Assembly (NCBI GenBank): GCA_003216615.1
Contig: QCIP01000001.1
Span: 113,455-177,454 of the forward strand
Direction of reading: 5' to 3'
Length of the DNA: 64,000 nucleotides
Source of the DNA: Prochlorococcus sp. AG-402-M15
GTDB taxonomy: Bacteria > Cyanobacteriota > Cyanobacteriia > PCC-6307 > Cyanobiaceae
The notes beneath the pieces were generated by a model. The model was not told the DNA's origin and searched no databases. It was given only the letters and a program-made list of their open reading frames with translations. A program made the translations under genes and the position numbers. Positions 10,161-18,678 of the stretch are shown piece by piece (the first letter of the stretch is position 1; every line of letters begins with the position of its first letter).

Positions 10161-11204
10161 TTAAATTTCATGAATTGATTCTTTGATTAGAACCTGTATT
10201 ACTACAGCTAAAGGAAGAGATAGAATTAAGCCTAATGGACCAAAAATGAAGGTAAAACCAAATTGTGATATTAATGTTAATCCAGGAAGCAAGTTTGCTT
10301 TTTTCTTCATTATAGATGGCATTATTATGTAGCTTTCAATATTTTGAATGATTACATATGCTCCTAATACGGCCAGTGGTTTCCAAAAATTATCAAGTAG
10401 TGCAATTGAAATTGGAAATATACCACTAATAACTGGACCTATATTTGGAATTATATTAAGAACCATTGCTATTAAAGCATTTGAGACAACATATTTGACA
10501 TCTAATATCGATAAAACTATTAATGATAATAGACCGACTGATAATGAGCTTATGACCATAGAAAAGGTCCAATTTGCTAATGCAACATTGCATTTATCCA
10601 GAATATTTCTAAATTTATTGCGATAATTTTTAGGAATTAATAGAAGTATATTTTCTTTATATTGTTTTGGTTCAATGGAAATCATCAAACTGACAACTAA
10701 TACGAAAATTAATTTTAAAAAACCTGAACCCAGATTCCCCGCTATATTAATTAAGTTCTTAAAACTTTCTTGAATAGCTTTAGCAATAGTTGCAGCATCT
10801 GGAATGGTAACTACGTTATCTATAAAATTGTATATGTCAATAACATTTTCTGATTCTTCACCATAAAAAAGGCTATTCAATTTGTTCAGATTTGTATTAA
10901 TTAAAATATTTATTTTTGATAAACCATTTGGAATATCAACTAATATTTCATTGAATTCATTTACAAACGGCGGCAAGACAAGAATAAAAATACTAAAAAC
11001 TATTACAGATATTACTGTTAATACAAAAAACAAAGATAAGAATCGGGGTAATCTCAGCCCCTTTTGTATTTGATTACATAAATTACATACAATATTTGAA
11101 ATTACTAATGAGCAAATTATTAAAAGAAGAAAATCTCTTAAAGTCCATATTATTAATGATGTTATTAAGATTACTGCTAATTTGAAATATGATGAACTAT
11201 TCAA
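10161..11204 (-). CDS. AI-2E family transporter / PerM-like permease
   Basis: 347 aa and polytopic. The conserved C-terminal half (IPNIGPVISG, QNIESYIIMP) is typical of UPF0118/AI-2E. The only start available is TTG. Confidence 0.8.
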   Translation of the reverse strand: MNSSSYFKLAVILITSLIIWTLRDFLLLIICSLVISNIVCNLCNQIQKGLRLPRFLSLFFVLTVISVIVFSIFILVLPPFVNEFNEILVDIPNGLSKINILINTNLNKLNSLFYGEESENVIDIYNFIDNVVTIPDAATIAKAIQESFKNLINIAGNLGSGFLKLIFVLVVSLMISIEPKQYKENILLLIPKNYRNKFRNILDKCNVALANWTFSMVISSLSVGLLSLIVLSILDVKYVVSNALIAMVLNIIPNIGPVISGIFPISIALLDNFWKPLAVLGAYVIIQNIESYIIMPSIMKKKANLLPGLTLISQFGFTFIFGPLGLILSLPLAVVIQVLIKESIHEI

Positions 11205-11217
11205 TTTAGATAATATT

Positions 11218-11571
11218 CTATTTCTTCTCAGAATATCCTAATCCATTTGATTTGGCATAACTATTTGCAAATTTCATAAATCTATCAAAGTCTGCAGTGC
11301 TCTTCCAAACATAAACCGCTTCTAAAAATATTGGTTCACCATCAACAAACTTTACTTTAACCTCTCTTGTTAATATTTCACCTTCATTGTCAATCATACG
11401 CATTCCAGTGATTTCACCTTCTGTAATTGAAGATAATGCCTGAGGTTTCTCAAATAAAAATAATGCTTGGCCAGTAGTACCATCTTTACTTCTTGTAAGC
11501 CTTATTTCAGGAACCACTGGTTCATCAGTTCCCTCATAAAATTGTATTTTTGCTGTTTTATTTGCTGTCAT
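11218..11571 (-). CDS. psb28: Photosystem II assembly/reaction-centre protein Psb28
   Basis: [36 protein letters not shown] is the Psb28 signature. I prefer the ATG at 11571 over the TTG at 11580. Confidence 0.9.
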   Translation of the reverse strand: MTANKTAKIQFYEGTDEPVVPEIRLTRSKDGTTGQALFLFEKPQALSSITEGEITGMRMIDNEGEILTREVKVKFVDGEPIFLEAVYVWKSTADFDRFMKFANSYAKSNGLGYSEKK

Positions 11572-11630
11572 AATATTCAATAATTAATTATTCATTTTAG
11601 GAAATATTTTTCTTAATCGTTTATAAAATT

Positions 11631-12674
11631 TTATAAAACATTATTTATTAAATCTAAGATGTTTTTATCATATTTTTTATCGGTTAAATCTAACAAAGTT
11701 ATATTTTCTTTGCCAAGCCTTTCATATTCATAACATTTATCGTAATAATCTAATACTGACCGGCAAACATCTTCCCATTTCTCTTTGTGAATTGATTCAA
11801 TAGCTTTTTTTGTTCTTTGCGGTCCTAACCTTTTTTTTATCCTTAGTACTGATTCTTGCAGTTCTTCTTTCTTAAAAATACTATAAGTGTCTATCAACTC
11901 ATCTAACCTATTTGATTCACTCCTTAAAATTTCAATTCTCTTTGAATTTTTCATTTGATTGAAGAATTCATGAGGTATTTTGCATTTGCCAATATTTGCA
12001 CTTTCTGCTTCTACAAAAATATTATTAATGCTTTTAAAAGAATATAATTTTTCAGCAATTTCATTTTCAAATTGTTCGTTGGTAGGTTGTTCATCCATTC
12101 CTAAACCACCGAATGTACTTCCTCTATGACAAGCGAATCCTTCAAGATCTATAGTTTGATATTTATATTTCTCCAGTAATGATAATAACCTTGTTTTACC
12201 TGTCCCAGTTTTTCCGCCAATAATTAAAATATTCCATTTTTTTGAGAAACAATCTAATATCCATTTCCTGTATGATTTGTATCCTCTCTTAAGTGTTATG
12301 GGATAAAATTTATATTTTTCTAGTAACCATGCAATACTTTGTGAACGCATTCCTCCTCTAGAACAATATATTCTTATAGATGATTCATTATTATTTTTCG
12401 TAGGATCAATTTTATAAGAGTCAATACCCATAAATAAATGATCAAGAAGCAATTCCATTTTTTTTTCAAAAAATTTTAATCCCTCTATTACAGCTTTTTT
12501 TCTACCCTCTTTTTTATAAATTGTTCCAATTATTGATCGCTCATCATTATCAAATAATGGAATGTTAATAGAATTAGGCATATGTCCTTTATAATATTCA
12601 CTCGGGCTCCTAACATCTATAAGTGGTCCGTTAAAACTTCTAAATTTCTCTAGTTCTTTTCTTTTGAAATACAT
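11631..12674 (-). CDS. selU: tRNA 2-selenouridine synthase (rhodanese domain plus P-loop)
   Basis: An N-terminal rhodanese domain with the catalytic-loop CSRGGMRS, then the Walker A motif GGKTGTGKT. This is the SelU/MnmH (YbbB) architecture. Confidence 0.8.
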   Translation of the reverse strand: MYFKRKELEKFRSFNGPLIDVRSPSEYYKGHMPNSINIPLFDNDERSIIGTIYKKEGRKKAVIEGLKFFEKKMELLLDHLFMGIDSYKIDPTKNNNESSIRIYCSRGGMRSQSIAWLLEKYKFYPITLKRGYKSYRKWILDCFSKKWNILIIGGKTGTGKTRLLSLLEKYKYQTIDLEGFACHRGSTFGGLGMDEQPTNEQFENEIAEKLYSFKSINNIFVEAESANIGKCKIPHEFFNQMKNSKRIEILRSESNRLDELIDTYSIFKKEELQESVLRIKKRLGPQRTKKAIESIHKEKWEDVCRSVLDYYDKCYEYERLGKENITLLDLTDKKYDKNILDLINNVL

Positions 12675-12707
12675 GGATAGTTTTATTTTTAGGTTAATTT
12701 ATTGAAA

Positions 12708-13427
12708 ATGACTAACAAAGAAAAAGATAACTATAGTAATGCTACATTAGATCTTATTAATAAATTTGTAGATTCTAATCAAAGAAAAAGAATAAATTCA
12801 TTATCTAAAATAGAATCTGAAGTCGAAAATATTTTTAAACTTGGACCTTCACTGTTTGATATCTTTGATAGAGATGGAGATGACTGGGCAGCTGGTTGGA
12901 TATTGCAAGTTTTAAAAAAATTCAAGCCTGAATTCTTTGAAAACTCTAATTTCAATAATTGGTTTAATACATTTTCAGATATTGATGTTAATTATGATGA
13001 TTTGCAATTAATGTTGGTTGAGCAAAAATTTGAAGAGGCAGATAGATTAACAAGTTCCTATTTAAGAAAATTAGCTGGAAAATTAGCAGAAAAACGTGGA
13101 TATGTTTTCTATAGTGAAGTTATGAATATGTCAGGTAAAGATCTAGAAACAATAGATAGATTATGGACTATTTATTCTACTGGTAGATTTGGATTCTCAA
13201 TTCAGGCAAAGATATTAAAATCAGTAGGGAAAAAATATGAATTAATGTGGCCGAAAATAGGTTGGAAAAAAGAGGGCTTATGGACTAGATATCCTGGATC
13301 TTTTGTCTGGTCATTGGATGCTCCTGATGGACATATGCCTTTAATAAATCAACTAAGAGGTGTAAGACTTATGGACTCAATTCTAAGGCATCCTGCTATC
13401 GCAGAGAGACATAATAATATTCTTTAA
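12708..13427 (+). CDS. GUN4-domain protein (Ycf53-like, porphyrin-binding regulator of Mg-chelatase)
   Basis: The C-terminal GRFGFSIQAKIL ... WP ... LW block is typical of the GUN4 domain. The ATG at 12708 lies two codons inside the TTG at 12702. Confidence 0.75.
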   Translation: MTNKEKDNYSNATLDLINKFVDSNQRKRINSLSKIESEVENIFKLGPSLFDIFDRDGDDWAAGWILQVLKKFKPEFFENSNFNNWFNTFSDIDVNYDDLQLMLVEQKFEEADRLTSSYLRKLAGKLAEKRGYVFYSEVMNMSGKDLETIDRLWTIYSTGRFGFSIQAKILKSVGKKYELMWPKIGWKKEGLWTRYPGSFVWSLDAPDGHMPLINQLRGVRLMDSILRHPAIAERHNNIL

Positions 13428-13475
13428 ATTGAGGACTTTAATAAGCTAAAATTAAGACAGTATCAAAATATTATT

Positions 13476-13910
13476 ATGTCCTTATTACGGGGCAAAAATA
13501 TTTTAAATAAATTTTTTATAAGATCAAAGATTAACTGGTCGAACTACGAATTCGAATCATCATTACAGTTAAATGAGTTTGTCGATCAATTATTAGAACC
13601 TATTAAAAATTCTCAATCAAGCTATCTTATAAAACTTGGTTTACATGAAGCTCTTGTAAACGCAGTAAAACATGGAAATAAATTAGATCCTAAAAAAAAT
13701 ATTAGAGTAAGAAGGATAATTACTCCTAATTGGTGTGTTTGGCAAATTCAAGATCAAGGAAATGGTTTAGAAATAAAAAAAAGAGATTACAAATTACCAA
13801 AAAAAATAAGTAGTGTAAATGGACGCGGACTATACATTATTAATGAATGCTTTGATGATATTAGATGGAGTAGTAAAGGTAATAGGCTTCAGTTGGCTTT
13901 AAAAAGGTGA
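13476..13910 (+). CDS. RsbW/SpoIIAB-like anti-sigma factor serine kinase (HATPase_c)
   Basis: N-box HEALVNAVKHGN, G1 box DQGNG and G2-like NGRGL are present in a 144-aa protein. Confidence 0.65.
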   Translation: MSLLRGKNILNKFFIRSKINWSNYEFESSLQLNEFVDQLLEPIKNSQSSYLIKLGLHEALVNAVKHGNKLDPKKNIRVRRIITPNWCVWQIQDQGNGLEIKKRDYKLPKKISSVNGRGLYIINECFDDIRWSSKGNRLQLALKR

Positions 13911-14152
13911 TTTTTACTAGGGCAAGGTTGATCTACGTTAATTTCTTTTAACCATTTAATACTTTCTTCTATATACTCAATAGTTTCATTCTCATTACAT
14001 GAAATAATTAAATGGCATAATCCCGCCGAAATAAGTTCTGCAGATCGTTTATATTTATTTCCTTTATCTTTATGCCATTTAGAATGATCTATCGTTAATT
14101 TGTCATTAAGACTTTGAACAAGCTGAATAGTATCTTTATCCCAATAGGTCAT
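13889..14152 (-). CDS. Hypothetical 87-aa protein
   Basis: ATG-initiated ORF that fills the gap. It is convergent with the preceding gene and overlaps it by 22 nt. No motif recognised. Confidence 0.4.
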   Translation of the reverse strand: MTYWDKDTIQLVQSLNDKLTIDHSKWHKDKGNKYKRSAELISAGLCHLIISCNENETIEYIEESIKWLKEINVDQPCPSKNHLFKAN

Positions 14153-14164
14153 AGCAGTTTTTAT

Positions 14165-15220
14165 TTACTTTACAGCAGACCATACTTTGGTCATAAAAAA
14201 AGAATTTGATTTTACATCTTTAAAACCTACTTCCTCTAATTTATAATCTATATTCTCTTTTATGTAATCACAATAAAATGGCTCATGAAAAGATTTATAG
14301 AAGTTTTCCATTACAGATGTAAAGTCAGGTGAATCACTTATTTGAATTGAATCAGCTAATACTAATATCCCTCCAGGTTCAAGAACTCTAAAAAATTCAT
14401 TTAATACTTTAGCTCTAATTGTTCTAGGTAATTCATGAAATAAGTAAACACAAGAAATGCATTGAAAACTATCATTTTCAAAAGGTAATTCTTCAGCATT
14501 ACCTTTTATTAACTGAATTAAATCTCCATCTAAATCTGATATATATCTGCTTGCCTCTTTTAAGTATGAATCGGATAAATCAATTCCTGTAATTTTTTCT
14601 TTAGGAAATGCGGCTCTTAATTGTTTTAATGTTCTTCCTGATCCTGTAGCAACATCAAGTATTTTTATAGAACTTTTTTTTCTATCGCTAAAAATTTCAA
14701 GTCCTTCTTTTATTGGCTTAATTATTCTTCTCCTCATTGAGTCAGCACTTCCATTGAACAGTATCTCTACTTGTAGGTCATAAATGCTAGCTGAAAAATC
14801 TGATAAATAACCATCTGTTTGATGATGAAAGTTTCTCAAGTAATATTGTGGATAATTATCTTTATCAATTGATTTTGGAAGATCATCAAAGTTTTGTTTT
14901 CTGCGTCTATCCCAAGTATTAGGCATATCGAGCCAAATTTTAGGATATTGAGTTAGATATCTAAGCCATGGTTCCTCAAACAATAATTTTTTTGGATATA
15001 TATTTTTTTCTGCATCATTCCAATCTTCTTCTCTTAAGATATCCATCGAATTTTGGATTTGCATTAAAAGATCCTTATCAATATCAAAATTTTCAAGCTT
15101 CGAATCGGGAAGAATAAAATTCATTAATCTTGAACTGATCTGCTTGTGAGCAAAACCTGCAATGCTTTTACTTTGTTGTAGCGTTTTATATGCAATTTTT
15201 GAAATAGATTCCCTAGCCAT
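14165..15220 (-). CDS. Class I SAM-dependent methyltransferase (UbiE/COQ5-like fold), substrate unknown
   Basis: Motif I ILDVATGSGR and post-I/II blocks (GIDLS, LEPGGILVL) are present. I moved the start to ATG 15220 (MARESISK) because the listed TTG at 15262 lies inside the glnA terminator hairpin and T-tract. Confidence 0.8.
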   Translation of the reverse strand: MARESISKIAYKTLQQSKSIAGFAHKQISSRLMNFILPDSKLENFDIDKDLLMQIQNSMDILREEDWNDAEKNIYPKKLLFEEPWLRYLTQYPKIWLDMPNTWDRRRKQNFDDLPKSIDKDNYPQYYLRNFHHQTDGYLSDFSASIYDLQVEILFNGSADSMRRRIIKPIKEGLEIFSDRKKSSIKILDVATGSGRTLKQLRAAFPKEKITGIDLSDSYLKEASRYISDLDGDLIQLIKGNAEELPFENDSFQCISCVYLFHELPRTIRAKVLNEFFRVLEPGGILVLADSIQISDSPDFTSVMENFYKSFHEPFYCDYIKENIDYKLEEVGFKDVKSNSFFMTKVWSAVK

Positions 15221-15248
15221 TTTTAAATTTGTATATATACATTCCAAC

Positions 15249-15297
15249 AAAAAAAAAATCAATTTGAGAATATTTTGTGATATTTCTCAAATTGATT
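15249..15297 (-). terminator. Intrinsic terminator downstream of glnA
   Basis: A perfect 14-bp inverted repeat (15257-15270 and 15284-15297) encloses a 13-nt loop. On the minus strand it is followed by T8 (GATTTTTTTTTTGTTGG context). It begins 26 nt after the glnA stop. Confidence 0.6.
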
Positions 15298-15322
15298 AAT
15301 TTAAACTAATGTCTTCTTTTAA

Positions 15323-16744
15323 TTATGCATCGTAATACATGAAGAATTCATGTGGATGAGGCCTTTGTCTTAGTTGTTGTACCTCTTCGTATTTTATGTC
15401 GATAAAGTTATCAATAAAATCTTCAGTAAATACTCCACCTGCTAATAGATAATCTTTATCTGCTTTGAGTGCATTAAGTGAATCATTAAGAGATGAAGGA
15501 ACAGTATCAATTTTTGCAAGTTCATCGGCTGGAAGTTCAAATAAATCAACATCTACACCATCACCAGGATCTATTTGATTTTTAATTCCATCAATTCCAG
15601 CAAGCATCATTACGGAGAATGCTAAATATGGGTTAGCAAGTGCGTCACCTGATCTAAATTCTAATCTTTTAGCTTTTGGACTTGGACCGGTTAAAGGTAT
15701 TCTGACAGCAGCGGATCTATTACCCTCAGAATAAACTAAATTAACAGGTGCTTCGAATCCTGGAACTAATCTTTTATAACTATTTGTCGTTGGATTAGTA
15801 AATGCAAGGAATGAAGGGGCATGTTTAAGTATTCCACCTATGTACCATCTAGCTGTTTGAGATAAATTTGCATAGGCACCTTCACCAAAGAATAGAGGCT
15901 GTCCACTCTTCCATAAACTTTGGTGAACATGCATTCCAGTACCATTGTCGTTAAATACAGGCTTGGGCATAAAGGTAGCTGTTTTGCCATACTTTTTAGC
16001 GACGTTTCTAACCACATATTTATACGTCATGACGTTATCAGCAGCATTAATTAAAGAATCAAATTTCATTCCAAGCTCGTGTTGCCCTGCACCAGCAACT
16101 TCATGGTGGTGTTTTTCAGTGGGGATACCTAATTCACCCATAAGAAGAAGCATCTCAGATCTGATATCTTGCGCAGTATCATTTGGAGCTACTGGAAAAT
16201 ATCCTTCTTTATATTGTATTTTGTATCCTAGGTTTCCACCTTCTTCTATTCTCCCTGTATTCCATGGAGCTTCAATAGTATCTACACTATAAAAACAACC
16301 TCCTTCTTTTGAGTCATATCTAACATCATCAAATAAAAAGAATTCTGGTTCAGGTCCAAAAAATGCGGTATCTGCTATACCAGTAGAGTCTAAATATTTT
16401 AATGCCTTTTGAGCTAAAGCTCTTGGACATCTATCATAAGGCTCCCCGCTTCTTGGCTCCTGAATAGAGCAAATCATACTTAAAGTCTTATGTTTATAAA
16501 AAGGATCAATCCAAGCTGTACTTGCATCGGGCACCATTGACATATCAGAGGCATTTATTGCTTTCCAACCTCTTATTGAGGAGCCGTCAAAAGCAAGTCC
16601 CTCAGTAAATGAATCCTCTTCTATCATGTCTGATGTAAGTGTTAAATGTTGCCATTTTCCATGAATATCTGTGAATTTTAAATCGATGAGTTCAATTCCT
16701 TCGTCTTTAATTTGACTTAAAACATCTTGAGGAGACTTTGACAT
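15323..16744 (-). CDS. glnA: Glutamine synthetase type I
   Basis: Full-length 473-aa GSI with [22 protein letters not shown] and NRSAAVRIP motifs. Confidence 0.97.
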   Translation of the reverse strand: MSKSPQDVLSQIKDEGIELIDLKFTDIHGKWQHLTLTSDMIEEDSFTEGLAFDGSSIRGWKAINASDMSMVPDASTAWIDPFYKHKTLSMICSIQEPRSGEPYDRCPRALAQKALKYLDSTGIADTAFFGPEPEFFLFDDVRYDSKEGGCFYSVDTIEAPWNTGRIEEGGNLGYKIQYKEGYFPVAPNDTAQDIRSEMLLLMGELGIPTEKHHHEVAGAGQHELGMKFDSLINAADNVMTYKYVVRNVAKKYGKTATFMPKPVFNDNGTGMHVHQSLWKSGQPLFFGEGAYANLSQTARWYIGGILKHAPSFLAFTNPTTNSYKRLVPGFEAPVNLVYSEGNRSAAVRIPLTGPSPKAKRLEFRSGDALANPYLAFSVMMLAGIDGIKNQIDPGDGVDVDLFELPADELAKIDTVPSSLNDSLNALKADKDYLLAGGVFTEDFIDNFIDIKYEEVQQLRQRPHPHEFFMYYDA

Positions 16745-16796
16745 AATTTTGTAATACCTTCATATATGAAATTAATAACTTGATGATTCTTGTTAT

Positions 16797-16810
16797 GTAT
16801 CAACGGTAAC
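16797..16810 (-). promoter_or_regulatory. Candidate NtcA binding site (GTT-N8-TAC on the glnA strand) with a -10 box TAATTT exactly 22 nt downstream
   Basis: Minus-strand sequence is GTTACCGTTGATAC, then 22 nt, then TAATTT (16774-16769), then 24 nt to the glnA ATG. This geometry matches canonical NtcA-activated promoters (GTAN8TAC, about 22 nt, TAN3T). One half-site mismatches. Confidence 0.5.
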
Positions 16811-16960
16811 TTTTTTTAAGACTAGATGACTTCTTTTAGTGTTTCAAGTCATAAGTTTAATAATTGTTTACCTAAATATTTAAATTGAATGAATTTCTTT
16901 AAATAAATATCGCTTATGTGGCGATATTAGTTTAATTTAAAAGTAATTGAATGTAATGCT

Positions 16961-18145
16961 TTGACAGAAGCAAAACTTATTTCGGCTTTAAATAAAGAGA
17001 ATTTATCTCATTTCTCAAAAACTTATGTTCCCTCTAGACTTTTATTAGGTCCCGGTCCTTCAAACGCACATCCAGAAGTTTTAAAAGCTCTTTCTTTGAA
17101 TCCTATTGGTCACTTAGATGAAGCATATATTTCATTAATGTCTGATGTTCAAGAACTTCTAAGATATACCTGGCAATGCAATAATCGTCTTACTCTCCCA
17201 ATGAGTGGTACTGGAAGTGCAGCTATGGAAGCTTCAATAGCAAATTTTATAGAGGAAGGAGAAAAAATTCTTATCGCTAAAAAAGGATATTTTGGAAACA
17301 GACTTGTTGATATGGCATCTAGATATAAAGCAGATGTATCTGTTATAGAAAAACCTTGGGGTGAGGCTTTTACTTTTGAGGAAATTAAGTATGAAATAGA
17401 GACTAAAAAACCAGCTATTTTTGCAATTGTTCACGCTGAAACATCTAGTGGGGTTTTACAACCTCTTGATGGAATTGGTGATGTGTGTAGAAAAAATAAT
17501 TGCTTGTTTTTAGTTGACGCAGTTACATCCCTTGGCGCTTTAGAACTATTGATTGATGAATGGAAAATAGATTTAGCGTATAGTTGTAGCCAGAAAGGAT
17601 TAAGTTGCCCGCCGGGATTAAGTCCTTTTACAATGAATGAGAGAGCTGAACAAAAACTAAGTTCAAGAAAAACAAAGGTTCCTAATTGGTATTTAGATTT
17701 ATCCCTTTTAAATAAATATTGGGGTTCTGATCGCGTTTACCATCATACCGCCCCCGTAAATATGAATTTTGCTATTCGAGAGGGATTACGATTAATTGCT
17801 AATGAGGGTTTAGAAAATGTTTGGAATAGACATAATACTAATGCAAAGAAACTCTGGAATGGTTTAGAAAGTCTTGGAATGGAATTACATGTATCAGAGG
17901 ATTATAGATTGCCAACTTTAACCACAGTTAAAATTCCTCCAGCAGTTGATGGGGATGGGTTTAAAAATCATCTCTTAAGAAATTTTGGAATTGAAATAGG
18001 AAATGGACTTGGAGAATTATCAGGTAAGGTATGGCGTGTAGGGCTAATGGGTTTTAATTCATGTGAGGAGAATGTTGACAGATTATTAAACCTATTTGAT
18101 ACTGAGCTAAAGAAATTTTCTATTTTTGAGTCCTCAACTTTTTGA
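16961..18145 (+). CDS. Class V aminotransferase (serine-pyruvate / alanine-glyoxylate aminotransferase type)
   Basis: LLLGPGPSNA N-terminus and the SCSQKGL PLP-lysine region are present. 394 aa. The only canonical start is TTG at 16961. Confidence 0.85.
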   Translation: MTEAKLISALNKENLSHFSKTYVPSRLLLGPGPSNAHPEVLKALSLNPIGHLDEAYISLMSDVQELLRYTWQCNNRLTLPMSGTGSAAMEASIANFIEEGEKILIAKKGYFGNRLVDMASRYKADVSVIEKPWGEAFTFEEIKYEIETKKPAIFAIVHAETSSGVLQPLDGIGDVCRKNNCLFLVDAVTSLGALELLIDEWKIDLAYSCSQKGLSCPPGLSPFTMNERAEQKLSSRKTKVPNWYLDLSLLNKYWGSDRVYHHTAPVNMNFAIREGLRLIANEGLENVWNRHNTNAKKLWNGLESLGMELHVSEDYRLPTLTTVKIPPAVDGDGFKNHLLRNFGIEIGNGLGELSGKVWRVGLMGFNSCEENVDRLLNLFDTELKKFSIFESSTF

Positions 18146-18635
18146 ACCAAATCTGTAAAATTTGACTGCATTCTTCTTCTAGGATACCTCCAATTATTTC
18201 CATTTTGTGATGAGCACTTTCATGTTTTGATAGGTCTATTGAGCCACCCAGTCCACCTCTTTTTTTATCGTAAGCCCCGAAAATAACTTTACCCATCCGC
18301 GCTTGAATAAGAGCAGAGGAACACATAGTACAAGGTTCTAAATTTGTGATAATAGTACATTCATTAAATCTCCAATCATTTTTTATTAGAGATGCCTGCC
18401 TAAGTGCCATTATCTCGGCATGACCTAATGGGTCTTTATTTATATTCCTCCTGTTAACCCCTCTACCGATACATCTTCCTCTCTCATCTAAAATTATTGA
18501 ACAGATTGGTAGCTCTACTTTTCCAATTTCTTTAGATCTTCTTAATATCGAATTCATCCACAAAGTGTATTTTGAATTATTTGTTTTTTTTTGTTGATCT
18601 TTATTACTATTTCCATTTTCAAAAATATATCTCAT
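18120..18635 (-). CDS. tadA: tRNA-specific adenosine deaminase TadA (CDA fold)
   Basis: The zinc motifs HAEIMAL and PCTMCSSAL are present. Its 3' end overlaps the convergent aminotransferase gene by 26 nt. Confidence 0.85.
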   Translation of the reverse strand: MRYIFENGNSNKDQQKKTNNSKYTLWMNSILRRSKEIGKVELPICSIILDERGRCIGRGVNRRNINKDPLGHAEIMALRQASLIKNDWRFNECTIITNLEPCTMCSSALIQARMGKVIFGAYDKKRGGLGGSIDLSKHESAHHKMEIIGGILEEECSQILQIWFKKLRTQK

Positions 18636-18678
18636 TTACCAATATTGAGAATAGAATTATTAATAGATATCTTATCTG

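Noticed and set aside
15945-16292. A 115-aa plus-strand ORF inside glnA.
   Set aside because: It is antisense shadow of a highly conserved gene. The same reasoning applies to the ORFs at 455-649, 1442-1842, 5344-5532, 8043-8267, 10348-11073, 17234-17434, 17968-18171, 20654-20884, 22403-22594, 22718-22975, 24186-24707, 25422-25616, 26680-26931, 33431-33637, 34792-35394, 37685-38734, 39156-39344, 41287-41517, 45224-45457, 47663-47845, 48643-48843 and 59018-60031.
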